Shown here piece by piece: positions 50,138-60,087 of a DNA stretch of 64,000 nucleotides. The DNA comes from Acidobacteriota bacterium (GTDB lineage Bacteria > Acidobacteriota > UBA6911 > RPQK01 > JAJDTT01). The position numbers and the translations under genes are program-made. Positions within the stretch are counted from its first letter, which is position 1. Each line of letters opens with the position of its first letter. The notes under the pieces are model-generated. The model saw nothing but the letters and a program-made list of their open reading frames with translations. It was not told where the DNA came from and made no database searches. Location: contig CBDCJH010000002.1 in assembly GCA_965217775.1 (NCBI GenBank), positions 4,704,001-4,768,000 on the forward strand, read 5' to 3'.

Positions 50138-51358
50138 ATGAAGAGAGCGATCTCCGAGAGCGGATCCGGAAAACGACGTGACCCGCGCCGTCTGGGTGCG
50201 GTCCTGCTGGCGATGGGGTGGCTGGCCGGTTGCGCCTTGGCTCCGGAGCCGGAGTCACCGAACAGCGGCTTCACCGTCGCCGAAACGGATGGAGAGATCG
50301 TCATCTCGGGGCCGGCCCTGGAGGCCAGGATCCGGAAGCAGGGCTACGTCAGCGGCGTCGCCGGAGGATCGTTCCTGGACCGCAAGACCGGCTTTCGCGA
50401 CGCCGGGCACGGTCTCCATATCGCCGACTTCCTGCTGGAGCCGGGCAGCGCCGAATCCTATGGAGATCGGCTCCCCGAGGAGTTGCGCTACCTGGATGAT
50501 CCTCTGATCCACGGAATGCGCCCCAAGCGGATCGTCGAAGGCCCCCAGATCTGTACCCGGGCGCGCCGCCTCTCGCCCCGGCTCGTGGAGGGCCCGGACT
50601 TCGCGGCGGTGACCATGGACTTCACCTACACGCTGGCGGCGCCTGGAAAGCGGCCCGGATCGACGTGGACACAGACCCTGGTGTTCCCGGCAGGCGAGCG
50701 CTACTTCGTGTCCAGCGACCGGATCGATTCGGCCAACGACAGCGACTCCCTGTTTCTCCGCATCGACATGCCAGGCCACATCAAGCACCGGAAGGGGGAC
50801 GCCTTCAGCGAAGTCTATCTGAGCTATGTCGGTAAGATTCCGGCGGACAAATTCCTCACCGATTTCGGCCCCGACGGCAGTTTCAACTTTCGAGCGGACC
50901 GCAATGAACTCCCTTCGAGGTTCATCCGGGCCTACCGGTTGAGGGACCCGGATACTGGGCGGGAGGGACCGTGGCTCGCCGGCATGACCCTCGATCCGGA
51001 CACCGTATACGAAGCCTGGTGCCACCAGCGCGGCTACGTCTGCATGATCCAGGAGCTGGGCGGAAAGCCGATCCGGGCCGGAGAGTCCTTCGGCGCCGCC
51101 TACGTCGTCGGTTACTTCGACTCCGTGGAGGAGATGAACCGGGTCTACGACCGCTACGCGGGTCACCGCGGTCTCCGGGTGGACCGGAATCGGTGGCGGC
51201 TGACGGAACGGGTTCCAGACAGGGAAAAGAAGGTAGGGGCGCCCCTTGTGGGTGCCCTCTTCCCCCTTGTGGGTGCCCTCTTCCCCCTTGTGGGCGCCCT
51301 CTTCGGTCCGAACCGGAGCAAGACGCGGCCTGTCGAAGGTCCGGGAGGTGGAGAGTGA
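50138..51358 (+). CDS. Conserved-looking hypothetical lipoprotein with REP-derived C-terminal repeats
   Basis: LAGC lipobox; GYVSGVAGGS, EGPQIC, RIDMPGH, AWCHQRGYVC. Confidence 0.7.
   Translation: MKRAISESGSGKRRDPRRLGAVLLAMGWLAGCALAPEPESPNSGFTVAETDGEIVISGPALEARIRKQGYVSGVAGGSFLDRKTGFRDAGHGLHIADFLLEPGSAESYGDRLPEELRYLDDPLIHGMRPKRIVEGPQICTRARRLSPRLVEGPDFAAVTMDFTYTLAAPGKRPGSTWTQTLVFPAGERYFVSSDRIDSANDSDSLFLRIDMPGHIKHRKGDAFSEVYLSYVGKIPADKFLTDFGPDGSFNFRADRNELPSRFIRAYRLRDPDTGREGPWLAGMTLDPDTVYEAWCHQRGYVCMIQELGGKPIRAGESFGAAYVVGYFDSVEEMNRVYDRYAGHRGLRVDRNRWRLTERVPDREKKVGAPLVGALFPLVGALFPLVGALFGPNRSKTRPVEGPGGGE
51233..51304 (+). repeat. GTAG-type REP with 21-bp tandem triplication, translated in frame
   Basis: GTAGGGGCG then CCCCTTGTGGG(T/C)GCCCTCTT x3 at 21-bp period, encoding PLVGALF x3. 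Confidence 0.85.
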
Positions 51359-53685
51359 TCGGAGTGGTTTCCGCGGTCCTGGCCGCCGCATCCCTGTCCG
51401 TGAGCCTCGCCGCGGGTCCTGGGAGCCGTCTGCCCGGAACCCGTCACCTGCGGATGAAAGGGGACCTGTCTCTTCAGCTTGTGGAGACGATCGACCGGTT
51501 CCTGCTGCGGCGGATCGCCGAGTCGCCGAAGTCAAGAGGAAGATTCTGGAGCTGGGACTACTCCTCCCCGCGGGCGTACCTGGAATCGATCCAGTCGAAC
51601 CGGGATCGATTTCGGCGCCGCATCGGTGCGGTGGACGACAGACTTCCGGCGGGGGACCTGGAGCTGGTGGCCACCTTCACCAGTCCGTCCCTGGTTGCCG
51701 AGAACGGGCGGCTCCGTGTGTTCGCCGTCCGCTGGCCGGTCTTGGACGGCGTGGACGCGGAAGGGTTGCTGGTGGAGCCTGCCGGGAAAGCCAGGGCCCA
51801 GGTCGTGGTCATCCCCGACGCGGACTGGACACCCGAGATGTTGGCAGGCCTGCACCCGCAGACCCCGCCCCGGCTTCAGGCCGCCCGGATCCTGGCGGAG
51901 GCGGGGTGCCGGGTTCTGGTGCCGGCGCTGATCGACCGCAAGAACACCTGGTCGGGAAACCCCAGGGTCCGGATGAGCAACCAGACGCACCGGGAGTTCA
52001 TCTACCGGCAAGCCTACTTCATGGGGCGCCATCCGATCGGCTACGAGGTGCAGAAGGTCCTGGCGGCGCTCGACTACTTTTCCCGCAACCGGTCCGGCCC
52101 CGCCGGCCCGGACACGCCCCTCGGCATCGCGGGACACGGGGAGGGCGGCCTGGTCGCCCTCTACAGCGCCGCACTGGACTCGCGGGTGCGGGCCACGCTG
52201 GTCAGCGGCTACTTCCAACCGCGGGAGCACGTCTGGCAGGAGCCCGTTTACCGCAACGTCTGGGGCCTCCTGGAGGAATTCGGGGACGCCGAGATCGCGA
52301 GTCTGATCGCGCCCCGCGCACTGCTGGTGGAGGCCTGCCGGGGTCCGGAGGTTCCCGGCCCTCCGCCGCCTCGAGACGGGCGCATGGACGCGGCCTCAGG
52401 CAAGCTGGAGATTCCGCCCCTGGACCGCGTCCGGTCCGAGTTCCGGAGGGCTCGCCGGCACTTCGAACGATTGCGGATTCCCGACCGGATCCAGTTGGTC
52501 GTCAGCGGCTCCGGAGAGGGCCCCCCGTTCTCCGCCCCGGCGCTGGAAGCGCTGCTGTCGGCTCTGGATGACGGACTCACCCCTCCCGGTCAAATCAAGC
52601 GGGAAGAGCCGCTTCGGGATCGGCGCGCCAAATTCGATCCCGCGACGCGGATGCAGCGTCAGTATCGGCAGTTGGTGGAGCATTGCCAGAAACTGATGAG
52701 GCTCAGTTCCTTTGGGCGGGAACGATTCTGGTCGCAGGCGGACCCCTCGTCCCCGGACCGGTGGGTCCGGACGACCCGCGCCTATCGGGATCATCTGTGG
52801 CGCGAGATCATCGGGTGGCTTCCGCCGGCCAGCGTCGAGCCCAAGCCAAGGACGCGCCAGATCTACGAGACGGACCGCTGGAAGGGTTACGAGGTGGTGC
52901 TCGACACTTGGCCCAAGGTCTTCAGCTATGGCGTGATCCTGGTGCCCAAGGATCTGAAACCGGGAGAACGGCGCCCGGTCGTGGTCGCCCAGCATGGCCG
53001 GGCCGGCAGACCCCAGGACGTCTGCGACCCTGAGCAAGACCAAGGCCCCTACCATGCCTTCGGCGCCCAATTGGCCGACCGCGGCTTCGTCGTCTACGCC
53101 CCTCAGAACCTCTACATCGGCGAGGAGAAGTACCGCGCGTTGCAGCGGAAGGCGAACCCCCTCAAGCTGACCTTCTTCGCCCCCATGGTGCGCCAGCACC
53201 AGCAGGTCTTGGAGTGGCTCGCGACGCTTCCCTTCGTCGACGCCGGCCGGATCGGCTTCTACGGGCTCTCCTACGGCGGCAAATCGGCCATGCTGATCCC
53301 GGCGGTGCTGGAACAATATGCGCTTTCGATCTGTTCCGGCGACTTCAATGAGGAGGTCTGGAAACATGTGAGCATCGACGTTCCCTACAGCTTCATGTTG
53401 ACCAAGGAGCATGAGCACAGCGAGTTCGATTTCGGCGAGAAGTTCAATTATGCCGAGATCGCCGGCCTGATCGCACCCCGTCCCTTCATGGTCGAGCGGG
53501 GACACCGCGACGGCGTCGGGGAGGACGAGTGGGTGGCTTTCGAATACGCGAAAGTGCGCCGCCGCTACGTGAATCTGGGAATCGGCGACCGGACGCGAAT
53601 CGAGTACTTCGACGGAGCCCACGAGATCCACGGCAAGGGCACCTTCGAGTTCCTCCACCAGCATCTGGACTGGCCACGGCGCTGA
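51355..53685 (+). CDS. Double-domain alpha/beta hydrolase (dienelactone hydrolase-like)
   Basis: GHGEGG and GLSYGG nucleophile-elbow motifs; IAPRPFMVERG; GTG overlapping upstream stop. Confidence 0.82.
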   Translation: MIGVVSAVLAAASLSVSLAAGPGSRLPGTRHLRMKGDLSLQLVETIDRFLLRRIAESPKSRGRFWSWDYSSPRAYLESIQSNRDRFRRRIGAVDDRLPAGDLELVATFTSPSLVAENGRLRVFAVRWPVLDGVDAEGLLVEPAGKARAQVVVIPDADWTPEMLAGLHPQTPPRLQAARILAEAGCRVLVPALIDRKNTWSGNPRVRMSNQTHREFIYRQAYFMGRHPIGYEVQKVLAALDYFSRNRSGPAGPDTPLGIAGHGEGGLVALYSAALDSRVRATLVSGYFQPREHVWQEPVYRNVWGLLEEFGDAEIASLIAPRALLVEACRGPEVPGPPPPRDGRMDAASGKLEIPPLDRVRSEFRRARRHFERLRIPDRIQLVVSGSGEGPPFSAPALEALLSALDDGLTPPGQIKREEPLRDRRAKFDPATRMQRQYRQLVEHCQKLMRLSSFGRERFWSQADPSSPDRWVRTTRAYRDHLWREIIGWLPPASVEPKPRTRQIYETDRWKGYEVVLDTWPKVFSYGVILVPKDLKPGERRPVVVAQHGRAGRPQDVCDPEQDQGPYHAFGAQLADRGFVVYAPQNLYIGEEKYRALQRKANPLKLTFFAPMVRQHQQVLEWLATLPFVDAGRIGFYGLSYGGKSAMLIPAVLEQYALSICSGDFNEEVWKHVSIDVPYSFMLTKEHEHSEFDFGEKFNYAEIAGLIAPRPFMVERGHRDGVGEDEWVAFEYAKVRRRYVNLGIGDRTRIEYFDGAHEIHGKGTFEFLHQHLDWPRR

Positions 53686-53726
53686 TTTCCGGTAACCGCT
53701 TCCCTCCGCTGCAATTTGCCGACATA

Positions 53727-54227
53727 ATGCCTTCAAGTTCCATGTCGCCTCGACGTTCGCTGCAATTGCTCGTCATCCTGGGCTGCCTCCTGATTCCGGT
53801 ATCCTGCCGGACGCCGTCCCAGGCGCCGGAATCCGACGCCGTCGAAACCACGCCGAGCCCGTCGGACCCGGGCGGGCGCAGGTTCCGGGCCTTCCACCAC
53901 ATCGGGCTTCCCACCGAAGATCCCCAGGCGGATGAGACCTACGTCGAAGAGACCAAGGTGTGGGTGACCGATCCGGCCGATCATCCCTACCGCGTCGAGT
54001 TTCTGCGTTACGAGGAGGACTCTCCCGTCACCGGCCCCTTGCGGGAAAAGGCTCACGTGGCCTATCGGGTCGAGGAGCTCAAGACGGCGCTGGAGGGCAA
54101 GGAGCTGCTGCTGGAGCCCTTCACGCCCATGCCCGGCCTCAGCGTCGCCTTCTTCGAGGAGGACGGCGTCGTGATCGAGTACATGCAGTTCGAGGGGAGC
54201 GCCACCGAGTTCGACGAGCTGAAATGA
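53727..54227 (+). CDS. VOC/glyoxalase-like lipoprotein
   Basis: PVSC lipobox; FHHIG, HVAYRV, VIEY. Confidence 0.65.
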   Translation: MPSSSMSPRRSLQLLVILGCLLIPVSCRTPSQAPESDAVETTPSPSDPGGRRFRAFHHIGLPTEDPQADETYVEETKVWVTDPADHPYRVEFLRYEEDSPVTGPLREKAHVAYRVEELKTALEGKELLLEPFTPMPGLSVAFFEEDGVVIEYMQFEGSATEFDELK

Positions 54228-54247
54228 GGTCCCGCCGAGCCGCCGAA

Positions 54248-55183
54248 TCAGGCGAACAGGCTCTCCAGCGTGACCTCCTCCTGTCCGGCAAGTGAGCGCT
54301 TGCCCGCCTCCAGCGCCGCGATGACTTCGACTTCCTCTTCGATGGGGACCGATTCCTCACCCGTCCGGACGTAGTCCAGCACCGCTTTCAGCAGGTACCA
54401 GTAGAGGTCGCTCAGATCGGGCTTCACCGTGCGCCAACCCTGCTTGCCGAAGAGGCTGATCTGATACCCGGAGCGCATCCACTGCCGCTCCCCCACCATC
54501 AACACCACGTCGCGGTGATCGGCGAATCGGATCCGGACCACGTTGAGGCCGGGCTGGCCCACGTTGACGGCCGAAACGGCGCCGCCTCCGAGCACCGCAT
54601 AGACCATGGAGAGGGCGTGGATGCCATAGTAGATCAGCTCGTTGGCGCAGACGGCCTGGGCCAGATAGACGGGGCCCAGTTCCGGCAACTGCGCCCTCAG
54701 CCGCAGGATGTCCGGAACGAACCTCAGCGAACTGGACGACATGAACGGGGTCCCGGTCTCGCGGGCCAGATCCGCCACCGCCTTGGCCCCGCGGGCGGTC
54801 ATCGCCAGCGGCTTGTCGCAAAACGTGGGGACCCCGGCTCGCAAGGGATGGATGGCGTACTTGGAATGCTCGCCCGAGCCGTCGTCGACGAGGATCGCCA
54901 GGTCGACGCCGGCGGAGCATTCTTCCGGTGTCCGGCAGACGGTGGGAATGTCGCAGGCGGCGGCGAGACGTTGGGCCCACACCCGCTCCTGGTCCCAAAT
55001 CTTGACCACCCGGGCGCCCTCGATCCGTTTTCGGGCCCGGACGAAGGTCCAGTCGTATTTTCGCACTTCCGATTCATCGAACCCGTTGAAGCTGGACGCG
55101 AAGGCGGTCCCGTGATGGGAACCGGGCCGCCGGGGTTCCTTCCGGTAACGATAGGTGGCCGCCGAGATGAGACCGATGCGCAC
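54248..55183 (-). CDS. Gfo/Idh/MocA family oxidoreductase
   Basis: FCDKPLA, SSSLRF, YGIH. Confidence 0.8.
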   Translation of the reverse strand: MRIGLISAATYRYRKEPRRPGSHHGTAFASSFNGFDESEVRKYDWTFVRARKRIEGARVVKIWDQERVWAQRLAAACDIPTVCRTPEECSAGVDLAILVDDGSGEHSKYAIHPLRAGVPTFCDKPLAMTARGAKAVADLARETGTPFMSSSSLRFVPDILRLRAQLPELGPVYLAQAVCANELIYYGIHALSMVYAVLGGGAVSAVNVGQPGLNVVRIRFADHRDVVLMVGERQWMRSGYQISLFGKQGWRTVKPDLSDLYWYLLKAVLDYVRTGEESVPIEEEVEVIAALEAGKRSLAGQEEVTLESLFA

Positions 55184-55335
55184 GTTTCGCTTCCTCCACG
55201 CCGAGGTGCCGGCTTGACGCGCCGTGACTCGGCAAACTAATCTGCCCCAACACTATAGACACGGAGATCCGAAGATTCTCCCCCGCCCTGTCCCGCGCCA
55301 GCCGGAACTCGGCGCATCCTTCCGGGAGCAGGAAC

Positions 55336-56337
55336 ATGGACAAGACGAGATACGGAGTCATCGGGCTGGGCTGGTTCGGAGAGAAGCATCTGGAAGCGCT
55401 CGCCGGCAATCCGGGAGTCGAGATTTACGCCCTGTGCACCCGGACCCCGGAACGACTGGCCCAGGTGGCCGAACGTTTCCAGGTCAGGAAAACCTACACC
55501 GACTATCGCGAAATGCTGGCCGATCCGGGGCTGGACAGCGTCAGCATCACCACCATGTGGGACCAGCACCGCGACCCCACTCTGGCGGCGCTCGAGGCCG
55601 GAAAGCACGTCTTCCTGGAGAAGCCCATGGCTTCCACCGTCGCAGACTGCCAGGCCATCGTGGATGCGGCGGCGGCTTCGTCCGGTAAGTTCATGGTGGG
55701 TCACATCTGCCGCTTCAACCCCCGCTACGCCGCGGCCAAGCAGGCGCTGGACGAGGGCAGGCTGGGCCGGATCGTGGCGCTCTACGCCCGCCGCAACCTC
55801 CCGGCCCGGGTCGGATCCCAGGTGCTGGACAAGATCGGTCCCATCATCGGGGACGGGGTCCACGACACCGACCTCATGCTCTGGTTCACCGGTTCCAGGA
55901 TCGTCAGCGCCTACGGCCAGACGCTGGCGGTCCACGGTCACAAGTACCCCGACGCGGGCCACGCCATGTATCGGTTCGACAACGGCGCCACCGGGGTGAT
56001 CGAAGACGTCTGGTGCCTGCCGGAGAAGACCCCCTTCCAGATCGACGAGCGCATGGAGGTCATCGGCACCGAGGGTTCGATTCAGGTCCATGACACCCAT
56101 CCCAACCTGACCATCGTCGACGGGGAGGGAGTCCGCTGTCCGGACACGACCTATTGGCCGAACATCCACGGGGCCTGCTCGGGTGCGCTCCGGGAAGAGT
56201 TGAACTACTTCGTCCGCAGCGTTGTCGACGACACCCCCATCGAGGTGATCACGCCCCGAGAGTCTCTGGAGGCGGTCCGGGCGTGTCTGGCGGCCGAGGA
56301 GTCCGCCAGGACCGGACAGGTCGTCCATCTGGACTAG
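55336..56337 (+). CDS. Gfo/Idh/MocA family oxidoreductase
   Basis: GVIGLGWFG, GKHVFLEKP, GHICRFNP, DGVHDTD. Confidence 0.9.
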   Translation: MDKTRYGVIGLGWFGEKHLEALAGNPGVEIYALCTRTPERLAQVAERFQVRKTYTDYREMLADPGLDSVSITTMWDQHRDPTLAALEAGKHVFLEKPMASTVADCQAIVDAAAASSGKFMVGHICRFNPRYAAAKQALDEGRLGRIVALYARRNLPARVGSQVLDKIGPIIGDGVHDTDLMLWFTGSRIVSAYGQTLAVHGHKYPDAGHAMYRFDNGATGVIEDVWCLPEKTPFQIDERMEVIGTEGSIQVHDTHPNLTIVDGEGVRCPDTTYWPNIHGACSGALREELNYFVRSVVDDTPIEVITPRESLEAVRACLAAEESARTGQVVHLD

Positions 56338-56380
56338 GATTTCGGCAACATCGACTTGTGAGCCTGGGGAATCTGCCGTC

Positions 56381-59300
56381 ATGACGAAATTCAGCATCGG
56401 ATGGATCGTCGTCCTGTTTGTGTGCCTGGCTCAATCCAGCGGCGTGGACTGGGTGACGGTGACCGTGCCGGCCCGGCACGACTTCAAGGGCTACGGCTGG
56501 TACCGGACCTGGTTCAAACCGCCCCAACGATTCTTCGCCAAGCACGAAAGGGACCTGTGGGGCGAATCGGTGATCTTCAACGTCCGGGGTCTGGCCGGCG
56601 CCCACGAGGTCTACGTCAATGGGAAACGCATCGGCGGCGGCGGAACCTTTCCGCCCGAGTTTGAGGACGGACGGAAGGGCAATCACCAACACAAGGTTCC
56701 GTCCGGCGGCCTGGTGCCCGAGGCCTGGAACCAGCTCGCAGTCCGAGTCTACGCCCCCGACGGCAGAGGCGGCTTTCTGGGCGAGGCTCCCTTCCTCATG
56801 AACTACTTTCTGGAGTGCGTCTTCGACGGTCCGTGGGAGTTCCGTCCGGGGGACGCTCGCGTCTCCTTCGACGGCGTGCTCGACCGGCGGCCTTCAGGCT
56901 CGGCCTTCGACCAGTTTCGCGAGTCCAACCGCGTGCTGGCGGAGGCGGAACGGTTCGTGCACGGCCCCAAGCTGCCGCCCCTGGATTCGTTTCGGAAGAT
57001 GAAGGCGGCGGACGATCTGGTGGTGGATCTGATGCTGGCGGAACCGCTGGTGGCGCAGCCGACCCACTTCAGCTTCGATTCCCGCGGCCGCCTCTGGGTC
57101 TCCCAGTTCCGGCAGTACCCGTTTCCCGCGGGACTGGAGATGATCAGCCGGGACCGCTACTACCGCTCGCATTACGACAAGCTGCCCCCTGCTCCCCCGC
57201 GTCACGACCGCGGGCGCGATCTGATCTCCATCCACGAGGACACCACCGGTGACGGCAGATACGACCGCCACAAGGTCTTCCGGGACGGCTTGAACATGGC
57301 CAACGCGGCCCTGCGCGGCCGCGGCGGGGTGTGGGTGATGCACACCCCGTACCTGCTCTTCTATCCCGACCGGGACTTCGACGACGTACCCGAAGGGCCG
57401 CCGGTGGTCCACCTCCAGGGATTCGGCCTGGAGGACACCCACTCCATCGCCAACGGACTGGTCTGGGGAATGGACGGTTGGCTCTATGGAACCCAGGGCA
57501 GCACCACGGCCTGCCACGTGACCCGTCCCGGCATCGATCCGCCGGATGCGCCCGCCGTCTACTACCAGGGCTGCATGGTCTGGCGCTATCACCCCGAGAC
57601 CAGGCGCTTCGAACTCTTCTCCCAGGGCGGAGGCAACAACTTCGGTCTGGAGGTGGACGGTGCCGGCCGGCTCTTCACCGGACACAACGGCGGCCAGACC
57701 CGAGGCTGGCACTTCCTGCAGGGCGGCATGCACCTGATGCAGGGCACCACGCCCAACAAATTCGGTCCTCCCCGCAATCCCTTCAGCTTCGGGGACCTGC
57801 CCAAAATGGTCAGCGAGCAGGACATCCGGCGGTTCACCCACTTCGGCGCCGTGGTGGAGGCCACGGCCATTCCCGGGAAGTATCAGGACTCGTTCTTCAG
57901 TGTGGATCCGCTTCACAACTTCGTCATCGCCAGCCGGCGGATTCGCGCCGGAGCCACCTTCAAGACCAGCGATCTGGGCAAGGTGCTGACCTCCGGCGAC
58001 TTCGCCTTCCGCCCCGTGTTCATCGGCAACGCCCCCGACGGCTCGGTCCTGATCGGCGACTTCTACAACCACTACATCGCCCACGGCCAGCATTACCAGA
58101 GCCAGATCGATCCCGGAACGGGGCGTATCTTCCGGCTGCGGGGCCGGCAGGAGCCGCTGGAGCGGGACCTGGACCTGCAGGCCAAGTCCAACGATCGACT
58201 GTTGGAGCTGCTGAATCACCCCAACCGCTGGCACCGGCACACCGCCGTCCGCTTGCTGGGCGAGCGCAAGGACCCCGGTTCGGCCGACCGGTTGCGGCAA
58301 CTGGTGGGCAGCGGCCCGGACCTCCAGTCGCTGTCCGCGCTCTGGGCCCTGTATCAGGCCTTCGGGTTGGATCAGGCGACGGCCCTGACCGCCCTGGGCC
58401 ACGGCACCCCCATGGTCCGCTACTGGGCCGTCCGCCTGATCTGCGACGACGTCGGCTTCGCCAATCGCCGCGCCACGTTGGGACTCGCCGACAGCCTCGG
58501 AGAACTGAAGGGCGGACCCACTCGGGTTCCCGATCGGCTCTTTCGGGCGCTCCTGGAAGGCGCGGCCGGCGAGAGGGACGCCGAGGTGCGGTCTCAAATG
58601 GCCGCATCGGCCCGGCGGTTGCCCGTGGATCAGGCCCTTCCTCTGGTGACGGCTCTGCTGAGGCACGACGAGGACGTCGACGATCCGTACCTGCCGCTGC
58701 TCTCGTGGTGGGTTCTGGAAGTCAATCTGGATCCCGAGCGCGACGCCGTCATGGAGCTGTTCGAAGATCCGGAGTTCCGGCACGGGCCCGTGGTGAGACG
58801 GCAGATTCTGGAGCGGATGATGCGAGCCCTGGCCCTGAAGGGCAAGAGCGGCGATCTGGACGACTGCACTCGATTGTTGGAACTGGCCGTAGACGGAGAG
58901 GAAGTAGACGCGTTGCTCAAAGGGTTCGAGCTGGCTTACGCCGGCCGGCGGATCGGCGGATTGCCGGATCCTCTGGTCCGGGGCCTGGTCGAGAGCGGAC
59001 GTTCCTCCCTGGAACTGCGGGTGCGGTTGGGGGACGCCGACGCGTCCCGAGCCGCCGTCGAGCTGCTCCTGAGTCCGGAAGCCTCCCTCCAGGAAAGGAT
59101 CGCGGTGGCGCGGACGCTGGGCGAGGTGAGATCCGCAGACAGTGTCGAGCCGCTGATCCGGGTCTCGAACGCACCGGAGCCGACGCTCCAGAGGGCGGCC
59201 CTGGCGGCCCTCTCCTCCTTCAGCGATCCCGGCATCGGCCAGCAGGCTCTGGCCCGGTTTTCGGACTATTCGGACCCGGCCAGACCGGCCTTTTTCGACC

Positions 59301-59944
59301 TGATGCTGAGCCGTCCGGTCTGGACCCGGCAGTTGATTCAGGCCGTTTCCAGGGGTGGGTTGGCGCCGGAGCTGGTTCCGGACGACGTCGCCGAGCGGCT
59401 GAGAGGAGATCGGGACCGGGAGATCGCCCGCTTGGCCAGGGAACACCTGGGCGACGGAGAGGACCTGGACCGGGAAGACGTCCAACGCCGGATCGCGAGA
59501 CTCAGGTCGATTCTGGCGGACGGGTCCGGCAATCCCTACGCCGGCGAGTCCGCCTACACCCGGCGATGCGGTTCCTGCCACAAGCTGTTTCACAAGGGGG
59601 GCAGCAACGGACCCGACCTGACCGCTTACCAGCGGGGCGACCTGGGGACGCTGCTCATCAGCATCGTCGATCCCGACGCCGAGATCCGCGAGGGATACGA
59701 ATACGTCACGTTGGTCACGAAGGAGGGACGGACCCTGAGCGGCTTTCTCACGGATCGGGACCCCCAGGTCGTCGTGTTGCGGGGAATGGCGGGAGAGGAC
59801 ATTCGCGTCGAGCGCCGGCAGGTCGAATCGATCGAGCCCATGGGACGCAGCCTCATGCCCGCCAGGCTGCTGGAAGGACTGAACGATCAGGAGCTCCGGG
59901 ACTTCTTCGCCTATCTGAGAATCTCCCAGCCCATCAGCCAGTGA
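56381..59944 (+). CDS. PVC-type haem-binding (CxxCH) membrane-bound dehydrogenase-like protein with N-terminal sugar-binding-like domain
   Basis: AEPLVAQP, FDSRGRLWV, HEAT-like repeats, CGSCH, GPDLT, SLMP. Confidence 0.85.
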   Translation: MTKFSIGWIVVLFVCLAQSSGVDWVTVTVPARHDFKGYGWYRTWFKPPQRFFAKHERDLWGESVIFNVRGLAGAHEVYVNGKRIGGGGTFPPEFEDGRKGNHQHKVPSGGLVPEAWNQLAVRVYAPDGRGGFLGEAPFLMNYFLECVFDGPWEFRPGDARVSFDGVLDRRPSGSAFDQFRESNRVLAEAERFVHGPKLPPLDSFRKMKAADDLVVDLMLAEPLVAQPTHFSFDSRGRLWVSQFRQYPFPAGLEMISRDRYYRSHYDKLPPAPPRHDRGRDLISIHEDTTGDGRYDRHKVFRDGLNMANAALRGRGGVWVMHTPYLLFYPDRDFDDVPEGPPVVHLQGFGLEDTHSIANGLVWGMDGWLYGTQGSTTACHVTRPGIDPPDAPAVYYQGCMVWRYHPETRRFELFSQGGGNNFGLEVDGAGRLFTGHNGGQTRGWHFLQGGMHLMQGTTPNKFGPPRNPFSFGDLPKMVSEQDIRRFTHFGAVVEATAIPGKYQDSFFSVDPLHNFVIASRRIRAGATFKTSDLGKVLTSGDFAFRPVFIGNAPDGSVLIGDFYNHYIAHGQHYQSQIDPGTGRIFRLRGRQEPLERDLDLQAKSNDRLLELLNHPNRWHRHTAVRLLGERKDPGSADRLRQLVGSGPDLQSLSALWALYQAFGLDQATALTALGHGTPMVRYWAVRLICDDVGFANRRATLGLADSLGELKGGPTRVPDRLFRALLEGAAGERDAEVRSQMAASARRLPVDQALPLVTALLRHDEDVDDPYLPLLSWWVLEVNLDPERDAVMELFEDPEFRHGPVVRRQILERMMRALALKGKSGDLDDCTRLLELAVDGEEVDALLKGFELAYAGRRIGGLPDPLVRGLVESGRSSLELRVRLGDADASRAAVELLLSPEASLQERIAVARTLGEVRSADSVEPLIRVSNAPEPTLQRAALAALSSFSDPGIGQQALARFSDYSDPARPAFFDLMLSRPVWTRQLIQAVSRGGLAPELVPDDVAERLRGDRDREIARLAREHLGDGEDLDREDVQRRIARLRSILADGSGNPYAGESAYTRRCGSCHKLFHKGGSNGPDLTAYQRGDLGTLLISIVDPDAEIREGYEYVTLVTKEGRTLSGFLTDRDPQVVVLRGMAGEDIRVERRQVESIEPMGRSLMPARLLEGLNDQELRDFFAYLRISQPISQ

Positions 59945-59969
59945 CGGTCGAGATCGGCCGGTGACGGGT

Positions 59970-60087
59970 GAAGAGGGCGGCCACAAGGGCGGCCCCTACG
60001 ATGGTGTACAGGCCCGCATAGACAACGTGGCGGCGCGCAGAACGGCAGGCGACCGAGAAGAGGGCGGCCACAAGGGCCGCCCCTACG
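59970..60087 (-). repeat. Two direct GTAG-type REP copies
   Basis: GAAGAGGGCGGCCACAAGGG(CG/CC)GCCCCTACG at 59970-60000 and 60057-60087. Confidence 0.85.

Noticed and set aside
6484-59986. Long antisense or alternate-frame ORFs (e.g. 6484-8925, 25336-27636, 40218-42734, 43444-45840, 56894-59986)
   Set aside because: Shadow ORFs of real genes, expected at high GC; they have no recognisable motifs.
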